Below are positions 1 to 11,332 of a stretch of DNA of 64,000 bases, in pieces (within the stretch, counting starts at the first letter, position 1; each line of letters begins with the position of its first letter). Location: contig OX597820.1 in NCBI GenBank assembly GCA_951406725.2, forward strand, positions 67,766,001-67,830,000, written 5' to 3'. A model generated the notes under the pieces. It searched no databases, was not told the origin of the DNA, and saw only the letters and a program-made list of their open reading frames with translations. This DNA comes from Octopus vulgaris. Taxonomy: Eukaryota. The translations under genes were made by a program, and so were the position numbers.

Positions 1-338
1 AATTCAACGAATATATAAATTTGTGAAAAATTGGATTTCAAAAGTTCAATAAACTTCAGAAATCGAAATTATAGCAAATTTCTAGAAACATGAATTTCTA
101 AAAAAAAAATTCCGGACGATCAAGCCTTTAATAATTACTTTCTTTTAGTAACTAATTGATATTACATATCTAATTGATAAGCAGCTTTCTCCATCATAAT
201 ATAGATGTTTATATATATATATATAAATATATATATCTAATGCAAGATAAAAGTTTTCGAAAAAAATTCTATCAATGGCCAGCATATTAAAAAATACCTT
301 TAAAGGTTAAATTCATATATAGGTGGGTGAATAAACTG

Positions 339-390
<52 letters not shown>

Positions 391-529
391 ATGGTGTGGC
401 TGTGTGTAATAGGCGTAGGCGTGGCAGTGAAACAGGCAGAGATGTAGTAGTTGATAAAGAGCTTACAGGGTTCCGTGTTCAGTTCCACTGCATGGCACCC
501 TGGCCAAGTTACGGTATCTGAAACACAGC

Positions 530-725
530 AGAACCGGTTGTCAATTGGTGGTGGGAGATAAACCCAGACAAAAACACATACACACTCACGCACATGTACA
601 CACTTTAGTTTCCACTCACAAGGGTTTGGTCAGAGACTTGCCCAGGGTACCGCACAGTGGGGCTGAACCCGGGACGATGGGGATAGGAAGCAAGCATCTT
701 ACCACAGAGCCACGTCTCCGCCTAC
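530..725 (-). mobile_element. Degraded partial tRNA-derived SINE, family A
   Basis: Matches the reverse complement of the family A head (ggctgtgtggtaag...cccactgcgtggcaccttgggcaagt) seen in full at 60759-61160. Confidence 0.7.
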
Positions 726-796
726 ATATCAATCACCTCGCATTAATACTGGTTATCGTCGTCCACATTCTGTACACCACCACCACCACCACTATA

Positions 797-930
797 GGTA
801 CTACTCATTTTTGCCAGCTGGGTGGACTGGAGCAACGTGAAATAAAGTGTCTTGCTCAAGGACACGAGGCATCGCAGGGAATTGAACTCACGACCTTACG
901 ATCGTGAGCCGAATGCACTAAGCCACGCAC
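797..930 (-). mobile_element. tRNA-derived SINE, family D (CORE/V-like central block)
   Basis: Reverse complement has a tRNA-like head and tccttgagcaagacactttatttcacgttgctccagtccac. Related copies at ~3975-4095, 11420-11518, 23010-23125, 42780-42985 and 45215-45510. Confidence 0.7.
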
Positions 931-937
931 TTTTACC

Positions 938-1046
<109 letters not shown>

Positions 1047-1062
1047 TTATATATAATTTATC

Positions 1063-1125
<63 letters not shown>

Positions 1126-1177
1126 GTCTGTCTGTATGTCTGTCTAGCTACCTAACTATCTATACACACATGCATAT

Positions 1178-1320
1178 AAGGGGATGACCACTAAGTGGAC
1201 ATCCATTATGCTAGAAGTCGACCCTCTTATGGTCTTACCACTAAGAAAGGAATGTTCTCAAGAAAATTTAGCAAACGCCAGAACGTAAGAGAGCAAGACA
1301 AATGAAAAGATACCAAGTAT
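1178..1320. repeat. Unclassified interspersed repeat (ggggatgaccactaagtggacatccattatgctag)
   Basis: The same motif recurs inverted at ~24885-24945 and direct at ~41727-41798, each time next to a (TA)n-rich tract. Confidence 0.65.
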
Positions 1321-1390
1321 GCATATTATACGGATTATACACACACACACGCACACACACACACACATACACACACACATATATATTTTA

Positions 1391-1430
<40 letters not shown>

Positions 1431-1794
1431 CACACATATATAACGTATAATGAATTTTTTACCTGTTTGCATTTTTTACCTATTGTGACAGTGTATCGAA
1501 GTAGTGTTTATTATTCTTAAGATGTGTAGTTCTTAGCAGTTGTGTTGACTAGTTGGTCTCTCTCTCTCCCACGTAAGAAAACGAATATCGTTTTCCCTTT
1601 CATCTTTTGTAATGACTATCATCTTAGTTATCATTTTAAGAATAATATAAAACAAGTAACCAAATATAAAGTAAATAATAAAAGTTAAAAGAATCACATA
1701 ACAGTACGTACATAGTGCATGTGTGTATATATGTGTGCGTATGATTATGTGTGTGTATATCATGTCTCTGTCACTACCTGCCTTTCACCTTCTC

Positions 1795-1830
<36 letters not shown>

Positions 1831-1831
<1 letters not shown>

Positions 1832-2030
1832 TTTTATTCGTTTACTTGTTTCGGTCATTTGACTGCAGCCATGCTGAAGCACCGCCTTTAAGCGAAGAAA
1901 TCGACCCCAGGACTTATTTTTTTGTAAGCCTAGTACTTATTCTATCAGTATCTTTTGCCGAACAGCTATGTTGTGGGGACGTGAACACATCAGCATCGAT
2001 CGTCAAGTGATGCTGGGGAGACAAACACAC

Positions 2031-2077
<47 letters not shown>

Positions 2078-2250
2078 TATGTGTGTGTGTGTGTGTATAC
2101 GACGGGCTTCTTTCAGTTTCCGTCTACCAAATCCACTCACAAGGCTTTGGTCGGCCCTAAACTATAGTAGAAGACACTTGCCAAAGGTTCCACGCAATGG
2201 GACTGAACCCGCAACCATGTGGTTGGTAAGCAAGATATTTACCACACAGC

Positions 2251-2253
<3 letters not shown>
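1831..2253 (-). mobile_element. Full-length SINE, family A, with internal (CA)n/(TA)n
   Basis: Head, body and gactgaaac...aaaag tail are colinear with the copies at 52802, 55942 and 60759. Confidence 0.85.
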
Positions 2254-2288
<35 letters not shown>

Positions 2289-2448
2289 CACACATACAAT
2301 ATATACACAGACACACACATAATACGTACACACACATGCATATAAACGCAAATTGAAAGAATCGCGTATCATTCACATACAAGTACACACACAGCGCACA
2401 CAACACACAGATAAATAAATATACATACACATGTATAACACGATTTAT

Positions 2449-2479
<31 letters not shown>

Positions 2480-3214
2480 GCGTATGTACACTACACGTAT
2501 GCAGGATATACATGTATGTATATATATATATATATTCACACAAGTATCTAGGATACATTTATATATATATATGTGTGTGTGCTTATGCGCGTGTGCGTGT
2601 CTGTACATAAACAAAAATTTTAAAAAATTAGATAAACAAAAGGAAATTAAACATAAATAAATTAAAAACAATACTATTTGATTTCTCGTCATAATTTTTA
2701 TCTATTTATTTTGTCTTTCATTCTGAAATCTTTTTCTTTTTTTCCTTCTTTAAAATTACACTTTTTCTTGTTCGTTTTCTTTATTTTTTTTCTAGTAAAA
2801 TAAAATAAAATAAAATAAAATAAAACTAATGAAAGCAGTAAAAGAAACATTGTCATACAATAAATTCAACCCTGGAAGAATAAAACGAAACGGCACAAAT
2901 ATATACAGAAAAGACACTTGAATTGCCAGCGGTAACCCTGCATTTACCAGCAGCCACTTTAGAATCGCATGTATTGTCACGAACCGTTTCCTTTGTTGTT
3001 TCAAGCAAAGAACCTACGGTTACAATGCACCACACACACACACAGACACACAGACACACACACACAGAGAAGATATATAATAACAACAAAAATAAATAAC
3101 AAACCCACTTCTTCCTTTGTACTAAAACTATCTATAAATTAGATTTACATTTCGTACTAGCATAAAGAAAAAAGAGGAAAAGTTTTCATTTTGCCTTATT
3201 CCGTTTTATTCCCC

Positions 3215-3277
<63 letters not shown>

Positions 3278-3516
3278 CATTATTATTATTAAATGTCAAA
3301 CTCATCTTTAACTTGGTAAAAGAGTTTTATTATTACAACTGTTGGCTATATATACAGGTTTACAGTCGCCAAGCTCTACGCCAGTGAATTAACTTTGTTT
3401 AGAAGACTAGAGCGGCGGATAGAATTAGATTTTGCGAAAACATCGAAATGTCCGGAGAACATTTCTCCTTAATAGTAATATTATTAGACAACTGCGTGTC
3501 TCTTGTATCTATGTAC

Positions 3517-3598
<82 letters not shown>

Positions 3599-3861
3599 GT
3601 ATATATATATGTATATATGTATGTGTATGTATTTATGTATGTGATCATGTATTTGTATACGCGTGGATGTATGTCTGCATAAGTATATATGTGTAATTAT
3701 GCATGTATGTGCAAGTTTTTCAATATGTGTGTGTGTGTGTGCGCGTATGCATGCATAAATGCTTGTCTATATGTGTGTGTATGTATGAGTGTATGCAAGT
3801 GTATTTTTAAGCAAGTGTATTGCATGTGTGTGTGTGTTAAACTATAAATATGCATGGATGA

Positions 3862-3892
<31 letters not shown>

Positions 3893-4393
3893 CATATGCA
3901 TTCATACATAAATGCATACATGCACACACACACACGCAAGCGCACACATACACATGCTCACATATATGCTTGTAGTGGAGGTGTTTAGCTTAGTGTTTAG
4001 CGTGTGTTGAACTCATAATCATGAGATAGTGATTTCGATTCCTGAACAAGACGATGCGTTCTTGAGCAAAATTTTTCACTTCACGTTTCTCCAGGACTTG
4101 TCTGCATACAAAAGAATTGGTGAATAAATATATGCTTGTGTGTATGCATGTATGACTATACACAAGCAGAGATGGGTCTGCATATGTATTTCTGGTGTAT
4201 GTGTTTGCAAGTGTATTTTAAAATTGCTTGTATGCATATATGTAGGAGGATATTTGTGTGTGAGTGTAGTGTAGTGTTGTGATCAGCGAATAAACAGATC
4301 TGTATAGGAGTGTGTGAATGTACATATGTATATATGTACATATGTACATATGCATATATGTATATATACATATATGCATATATGTATATATAC

Positions 4394-4626
4394 AAGGCGG
4401 CGAGCTGGCAGAAACGTTAGCATGCTGGGCGAAATGCTTTGCCGTATTTCGTCTGTCGTTACGTTCGAAGTTCAAATTCCACCGAGGTCGACTTTGCCTT
4501 TCATCCTTTCGGGATCGATAAATTAAGTACCAGTTACGCACTGGGTTCGATGTAATCGACTTAATCCCTTTGTCTGTCCTTGTTTGTCCCCTCTGTGTTT
4601 ATCCCTTTGTGGGTAGTAAAGAAATA
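4394..4626 (+). mobile_element. SINE, family B (aaggcggcgagctggcagaa...gcctttcatcctttcgggatcgataaattaagtaccag)
   Basis: Pol III A-box/B-box-like motifs (agctggcagaa, gttcaaattcc). Many copies in the window. Confidence 0.85.
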
Positions 4627-4648
4627 TATATGTATATATACATATATG

Positions 4649-4697
<49 letters not shown>

Positions 4698-4760
4698 TGG
4701 GACTGAACCTGGGACCATGTGGTTGGTAAGCAAGCTTCTTACCACAGAACCACTACTGCG

Positions 4761-4850
<90 letters not shown>

Positions 4851-5278
4851 TATACATATATATATATATATATAATTGTGTACATATATAATTACTTGTT
4901 TATATATATACGTATAAAAACAAAATATCTATCTATCTATGTATCTATTTCTATATGCATGAACCGTATTACGTTAGTGTCGACGCTAGGATTCCCCTGT
5001 AGATCATCTGGATTACCTGCTCCTTGAATTAATGTGTGTAACTGGTGGACCATTTCATAAACATGTATTCCCTTAATGTTATTCTCTGACAGGATCAGTG
5101 TGGCATAGTTTATGATATGGGTGTCGTTTCAAATTATGTGTACAACACAAGCGATGGTTTCTATACATATTCGTCGTGTCAAATTGAACACACAGTCTTG
5201 GTCAACTCGAGGTTGTGCAAAATGATACTGGTCAAAGATTCTATCCAGTGAAGTGGGACCCAGAACCTCGTATAGACG

Positions 5279-5309
<31 letters not shown>

Positions 5310-5414
5310 CATACATACATACACACATATGTATGTACGCATAAATATATGTGTGTATATATGTATATATGCATATATATTTATGTATGTATGTATGTAT
5401 ATATATATATATAT

Positions 5415-6200
5415 ATATATATTAAGGTATGTAGAAAAATACAACATGGACAAGAACGTATAACTCTTAGAAGACGACACAATAAACACGGACAGGACAT
5501 TCGAAACCCTCAGTCTTCAGTCAAGAACCGGATCATCGTAGTAATTTCGGCTGATTAATCTTGAGATTACTAGATCACGGCCAGCCCTCCAAGAAAAACC
5601 AAGCAACGAGCATTAGAAAAACTAAGCTGGAAGCGTAGATTTCCTGGAAGAAGGATCGAATGCATACGAACACCAGGACAGCAAAAGGGACAGATATAAA
5701 AAAAACAAAAAACAATAATGGAATACAGAAACATGAAATACAGAAGCATTAACGGTGAAAACAACAGTGTCTTACGACTGATAACAAGCAAACAAATTTT
5801 TTCTCTGGCGCAATGGAAAAAGCCTTTATAGTGGCGGACGAAAACAGCGATGTTAACAAGACGAGGGTCAGAAACTGAAAGGCAGATTTCGGCCAACAGT
5901 CACGTGACAGAGAAGAGGGAAAAGAAAAGAAAGAGAAGCAAAGGAAGAGAGAGAGAGAGGAGAGAGAGAGAGGAGGGACAAACGCAACAAAGAAGAGAGA
6001 AGAGAGAGAAAGAAGGAATCAGAGAGGAGAAGGGATGGGTGTCGAAGAATGACCTGTGAGTGCAGAGCGAGACAAAGAAATAGGAGGGTAGTGGAAGACT
6101 AGACCAAAGAATCAGAGGAAAGAGAAGAGAAAAAGAGGATGAGTAGAGAGAAAAGAGAGAGAGGGGGACAGATCAAGTAAAAATGAGAGAGAGAGAGAGA
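5415..6200 (-). mobile_element. Interspersed repeat fragment, possibly a Penelope-like terminal repeat, ending in a GA-rich tract
   Basis: Begins at a (TA)n tract, is distinct in composition from its flanks, and is joined to the LINE at (GA)n. Classification is inference only. Confidence 0.35.
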
Positions 6201-6328
6201 TACAACAACAACAACAACAACAACAACAGGTACAGCAACAACAACAACTTCAGCAGCAACAACCTCAGAGGCAACAACAACAACCTCAACAACAACAACA
6301 GGATGAACCACTCCTTGATTCATCTACA

Positions 6329-7132
6329 ATGGCCGATTTGCTAAATGAAACGATTGACCCCCCAGTCATCAGGGTCACACAGCAGGAAGCACCACCCCTT
6401 CCTTTCACTGCCCCAGCAGCTCAATCATCATCATTGTCAACACCATCTCCTCTGCTTACTACTACTAGTACTACTCCCACTATATATCGACAAACATCTT
6501 TGTCTTGGAATCGACCTCCTCAATCATTACCACCGTCAACATCTCTTCTACCTACTACTACTACTACTACTACAGCTACTACTACTAATGCTATCTCAAG
6601 GAATTTACCTCCTACAGGTCACAAAGGTCGCCAAAACTTCAAACTATCATCTACACCTTTCACAGCTCACACACATACACGCACCTACACACCCACTCGA
6701 AACCCCATCATTTGCCGATATTCTCTTCGCCATAGACTGTGCACTGATAGAGACTGCAAATTCACCCATTTACCTGGAACAAAACGCTCTATCCCCACAA
6801 ACTACAACAGCAACCACCATAATACAACATCACCACAACCACCAATATCTCAAACAAGGAATCCCCAAATCTGCCGCTATTCCCAGCGAGACAGATTGTG
6901 TTTGCACTGGGATTGCCCCTTTACCCATCTCCCGGGGACTCGTCGGACATTTAAAGATAACCACTCACATAAAAATAGCCGCGGCCACAGTCACCTGCGG
7001 TTCCCTAGACAGGAAACCACCTCTTCTTCCTCTTTTTTAGCTATAATGAATCTAGCAAAAGAACTGGAAAAAAACATCCGAGCTATCACCCACCGCCATC
7101 CACCACTATTACCCCACTACACATGCCATTAA
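6329..7132 (+). CDS. LINE ORF1 protein: Pro/Ser/Thr-rich with two C-x8-C-x4-C-x3-H (CCCH) zinc fingers; frame stays open upstream into polyQ
   Basis: Motifs CRYSLRHRLCTDRDCKFTH and CRYSQRDRLCLHWDCPFTH. Lies directly upstream of ORF2 and overlaps it. Confidence 0.85.
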   Translation: MADLLNETIDPPVIRVTQQEAPPLPFTAPAAQSSSLSTPSPLLTTTSTTPTIYRQTSLSWNRPPQSLPPSTSLLPTTTTTTTATTTNAISRNLPPTGHKGRQNFKLSSTPFTAHTHTRTYTPTRNPIICRYSLRHRLCTDRDCKFTHLPGTKRSIPTNYNSNHHNTTSPQPPISQTRNPQICRYSQRDRLCLHWDCPFTHLPGTRRTFKDNHSHKNSRGHSHLRFPRQETTSSSSFLAIMNLAKELEKNIRAITHRHPPLLPHYTCH

Positions 7133-10100
7133 AAAGCAATCAAATAAACAAATCACCAAAACAATTAAAACCATCCACTCTCGCCTCAACATTTCTGCTT
7201 AATGCCCAAGGCATCAGCCCTTCCACCAATACACAAAAATGGAAGATAAGATTCCTGGAGGACTGGGTCGAGGCCCATCCAAACCACATCCCTTTCTTCG
7301 TCCTCACTGAAACCCATCTTAGTGACCTCCACTTGGAAGCCGAGGTGAAAGTTAAAAATTTCAAAACCATTCGTGCTGATCGTGTTGGCAGAAGAAAGGG
7401 TGGGACTGCCATTTATGTCCATGATTCATTCTCAACAGAAGCCATGAACATATTTTCGAATGGATACTGCGAAGCAGTCGCTGTATTCAGTCAAACCAAC
7501 AACTTAACAGTAGTTGGGCTCTACAGACCACCCCAAACGCCCCTACCATGCTTCAAGGAATGCCTCAACAGCATAAAGTGTTTCATTCAGCAGTGTCAAC
7601 CTGACAACATTTTAATGATGGGAGATTTCAACCTTCCCGGGGTTGACTGGTCTACAAACAGTCTGTCGCCAGGTTCTTCTCTCTCAACCCCTGACAGGGA
7701 GGCAGTGGAATCGCTTCTTGACTTCATGGATGACTTCTTCTTGTCCCAACTGGTACTCGAACCAACGAGATATCACAAAAACGTCTTAGACTTAATTTTC
7801 AGCAATCACACTGATACTATCCACAATATTGCAGTGGAGAAAACCCTACTCTCCGACCATGACATGGTTCTCTGTGATCTGAGATTTCACTGGCCAAAAT
7901 GCAAAACAAATGTCATCCCTCCTGTTCATCCATTTGACACTATGGATTTCCACAATGCAAACTGGGAAGCGATCAATAATGATCTTGCACAAGTCGATTG
8001 GTCCTTCACGCACACATACACACCCACTAACATCAAAAAGTCCTGGCAGTCACTTGTAGACACCATCACGAACATATGTGCAAGACACACCCCATTAAGA
8101 TCTGCAAACAAATCTAAGTGTCGAATCCCTAGAAATAGAAAATCTCTCATAAGGAAAATTAAAAGAATCAACAAAAAGATCAACATGCTGAAATACTGTC
8201 AACAGCAACACACCAACCTGACTGCCATCTCGTCGCTAGAGATTAAAAAACATAAACTCCAAAACAACATGATGTCTATCATCAATAGTCAGCGAAGAGC
8301 TGAAGAGGCCTGGGCCATTGAGAAGATCAAACTCAATCCCAAAGTGTTCTTTTCATTTGCAAAAAAACACAGAGTCACTGGTTCTACTGTTGGCCCTCTG
8401 ATTGATGAAAATGGTATTCTTCAAGACAATGCCAAAACCATGGGAGAAATATTGCAGAAACAATATTGCTCTGTTTTCAGCAATCCTGATATGACTGATC
8501 TGGGCTGTATCAGTGATGTTACTCCCCAATACACTTTATCGGACATAACATTTGGCGCTCCTGATGTCTTAGCAGCAATAAAGGAAATGAAGCATAATTC
8601 AGCAGTAGGTCCCGATAGGTTCCCTGCTTGTGTCTTGAAGATGTGTCAAAACCAACTTGCACCCCCTCTAGCCAATCTGTGGCGGAACTCATTGGATGCT
8701 GGATATATACCAGAAGACCTTCTATCCCAGTCTGTTGTCCCAGTTTTCAAAAAAGGAAACAAATCGCTTGCCGTGAATTACCGTCCAATCTCACTCACCT
8801 CTCATATCATCAAGGTATTTGAGAGGGTGCTGAGATCGCGTATGACTCACTTCCTTGAGAGTCATAATATGCTGAACCCCAACCAGCATGGATTCCGTAA
8901 TGGGAGAGATTGCCTGACGCAGCTACTGCATCATTTTGATGACATTTTGAGAGCCTTGGGAGAGGGTTCCAACACTGATGTCATCTACCTTGATTTCAGC
9001 AAGGCCTTTGACAGGGTTGATCATAAGATCCTTCTGAGAAAGCTGTCCAATATTGGTGTCACTGGAAAGCTGCTGCAATGGATCAAGTGCTTCCTCTCTA
9101 ACAGAACCCAACATGTTGTAGTCGAAGGAGTCAAATCCAGCCCAGCCAAAGTCAGCAGTGGTGTCCCACAAGGCACTGTGTTGGGCCCACTTCTCTTCAT
9201 CATCTACATAAATGATATTACTGACACCATCAAACACAGCAACATCAGAACCTTCGCTGATGATTCCAAGCTCCAGAAGGTCATCAATGGCGTGGATGAC
9301 CGAATAAACCTTCAGTCAGACCTACTAGCTGTTGTCCAATGGGCGGAAAAGAATAACATGTTGCTAAATGAAGACAAATTCGAACTGATCCACTTTGGAA
9401 GGGAGGACGCTCTGAAACTCCCATACTCTCTTCCTTCTGGAGAAATTCTCATGGCATCCAACAACATCAGAGACCTGGGAGTAACAGTGGACAACAACAT
9501 AAGCTGGGCTACACATATAAGCAGCAAAGTTGACATGGCCCGCAGAATGTGTTCCTGGATTCTCAGAACCTTCCAGTCGAGAGATTCCCACGCTATTATC
9601 CTTCTCTTCTCCACTTTTGCCCGACCCCACCTTGAATACTGCTGTCCACTGTGGTCTCCCTACACAAAACAAAATATTATGAGAATTGAAGCTCCCCAAA
9701 GGTCAATCACAAAAAAGATAGATGGCATGTCAGACCTTGACTACTGGGGTAGACTAGAGAAGCTGAAATTGTATTCACTCCAACGACGCCGTGAACGCTA
9801 CATTATCTGTATGATGTGGAAAATATTCCATCAGCACTGTCCGAATGATGTTGGCATCACCTTCAAAATGCATCCAAGGCTTGGACCACGTGCCATCCGT
9901 CCACAACAAAAATCTAAATCGCATCACATAACGACAATACGGCACAACTATTTCACCTCAATTGGACCCGCTCTCTTCAACATTACACCAGGACACGTCA
10001 AAAAAGAAACTGACCACACAAAATTCAAGAAGTCTTTGGACAAATTCCTTCAAACAGTACCGGACAAACCATCCACACCCGGATATGTCTCCGCAAACAA

Positions 10101-10140
10101 TAACTCTCTGCTCGAATGGGCCTTGGTGCCCAAATCCTGA
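7123..10140 (+). CDS. LINE ORF2: apurinic-like endonuclease plus reverse transcriptase (1005 aa)
   Basis: APE motifs LNAQG, TETH, GGTAIYV, GLYRPP, GDFNLP, LDLIF, SDH. RT motifs NYRPISLTS, QHGFR, YLDFSKAFDRV, SGVPQGTVLGPLLF, FADD, DLGV. CR1-type C-terminus RPHLEYC..WSP...SLQRRRER. Confidence 0.97.
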   Translation: MPLKSNQINKSPKQLKPSTLASTFLLNAQGISPSTNTQKWKIRFLEDWVEAHPNHIPFFVLTETHLSDLHLEAEVKVKNFKTIRADRVGRRKGGTAIYVHDSFSTEAMNIFSNGYCEAVAVFSQTNNLTVVGLYRPPQTPLPCFKECLNSIKCFIQQCQPDNILMMGDFNLPGVDWSTNSLSPGSSLSTPDREAVESLLDFMDDFFLSQLVLEPTRYHKNVLDLIFSNHTDTIHNIAVEKTLLSDHDMVLCDLRFHWPKCKTNVIPPVHPFDTMDFHNANWEAINNDLAQVDWSFTHTYTPTNIKKSWQSLVDTITNICARHTPLRSANKSKCRIPRNRKSLIRKIKRINKKINMLKYCQQQHTNLTAISSLEIKKHKLQNNMMSIINSQRRAEEAWAIEKIKLNPKVFFSFAKKHRVTGSTVGPLIDENGILQDNAKTMGEILQKQYCSVFSNPDMTDLGCISDVTPQYTLSDITFGAPDVLAAIKEMKHNSAVGPDRFPACVLKMCQNQLAPPLANLWRNSLDAGYIPEDLLSQSVVPVFKKGNKSLAVNYRPISLTSHIIKVFERVLRSRMTHFLESHNMLNPNQHGFRNGRDCLTQLLHHFDDILRALGEGSNTDVIYLDFSKAFDRVDHKILLRKLSNIGVTGKLLQWIKCFLSNRTQHVVVEGVKSSPAKVSSGVPQGTVLGPLLFIIYINDITDTIKHSNIRTFADDSKLQKVINGVDDRINLQSDLLAVVQWAEKNNMLLNEDKFELIHFGREDALKLPYSLPSGEILMASNNIRDLGVTVDNNISWATHISSKVDMARRMCSWILRTFQSRDSHAIILLFSTFARPHLEYCCPLWSPYTKQNIMRIEAPQRSITKKIDGMSDLDYWGRLEKLKLYSLQRRRERYIICMMWKIFHQHCPNDVGITFKMHPRLGPRAIRPQQKSKSHHITTIRHNYFTSIGPALFNITPGHVKKETDHTKFKKSLDKFLQTVPDKPSTPGYVSANNNSLLEWALVPKS

Positions 10141-10186
10141 ACTGAAAGACTTCGCCAGGTGGTGCTATTAAGTTAGACATGGCCTG

Positions 10187-10230
10187 GGCCAATACTGGCC
10201 AAAAACCTTTCTAAGTTATTCTAAGTTAAG

Positions 10231-10233
<3 letters not shown>
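10187..10233 (+). other. LINE 3' terminal hairpin (GGCCA-atac-TGGCC) and tandem repeat tail
   Basis: Hairpin at 10187-10200. TTCTAAGTTA at 10209-10218 and 10219-10228, then AGTTA. CR1/L2-group elements typically end this way. Confidence 0.75.
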
Positions 10234-10265
<32 letters not shown>

Positions 10266-10985
10266 CATATCTATACATACATACACACACATATATATAT
10301 ATACATACATACTTATATGCAAGCATACATGCATACATATATACATGCATGCATTCATACATATATAGATGTATGTATGCATATGTGTATACGTAAAAAC
10401 ACATACACAGAAGGACACAGATATACATACATCATTCATACATAACATGCATACATACATAACACGCATACATATACATACAAACACACATACAAACATA
10501 CATACATGCATACATACAGACATACAGCAGACATACATGCAAACGTACATACAGACAGAGGGAATGCACACTATTATTTGTTCCAAGTCTCTACGCTCAA
10601 ACGTCAAATTTCGTTGAATTCACCTTTGCGTTCATCCGTTCAGGGTCTTTGAGAAAATAGTAATTCAAGATGTGATTTGGAGGAACAGTAAAACAGATGT
10701 ATTGGGAAATTGGTCATAGCTCTTTGTATTCTAATTTAAATACTGCCAAGACAAAATTGGATTGGTCGTGGCCCGGATTAACAACACTTTACACATTGGT
10801 TGATTTTTGCAGAGGTTGTTCTGTAGCAAGAAATATGATTCTATCTAACGCCTTCTACCCAGCAATCTTGGAGGTACTACAAGATGTCATAGATACTGTT
10901 TGTTCTCCAGACTTAGAGAATATGTTCCAAACATATTTGAACTACCCTTGAGTTTATTTTCATCACTGTTTCGCGCTACGACTAA

Positions 10986-11089
<104 letters not shown>

Positions 11090-11094
11090 AACGC

Positions 11095-11188
11095 TAAGAT
11101 ACGGGGATGTAAACACACCACCATCGGTTGTCAAGCGATGTTGGGTGTACAAACACAGACACAGACACACACACAACACACACACACA

Positions 11189-11234
<46 letters not shown>

Positions 11235-11332
11235 CGACGGGCGTCTTTCAGTTTCTGTCTACCAAATCCACTCACAAGGCTTTGGTCGACCCGAAGCTAT
11301 AGTAGAAGACACTTGCCCAATGTGCCACGCAA
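11095..11332 (-). mobile_element. SINE family A, internal fragment
   Basis: Colinear with the family A body around the internal (CA)n tract. Confidence 0.75.

Larger units (their letters stand above)
6201..10233 (+). mobile_element. CR1-group non-LTR retrotransposon (LINE), 5'-truncated in ORF1, ORF2 intact
   Basis: ORF1 plus APE-RT ORF2, and a ~90-nt 3' UTR with a hairpin and a (TTCTAAGTTA)x2 tandem tail running into (TA)n. No poly(A) and no clear TSD. Confidence 0.95.

Noticed and set aside
5490-5545. Minus-strand CTGAAGA...CGAAT as a hammerhead
   Set aside because: Lacks GAAA and has no convincing stems I-III.
6345-7040. 231-aa Leu/His-rich ORF overlapping ORF1 in another frame
   Set aside because: Explained by (CTA)n and C/A-rich composition that avoids stops. 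The zinc-finger duplication conserves the ORF1 frame.
7140-9699. Antisense ORFs inside ORF2
   Set aside because: Shadows of a long coding frame, with no recognisable motifs.
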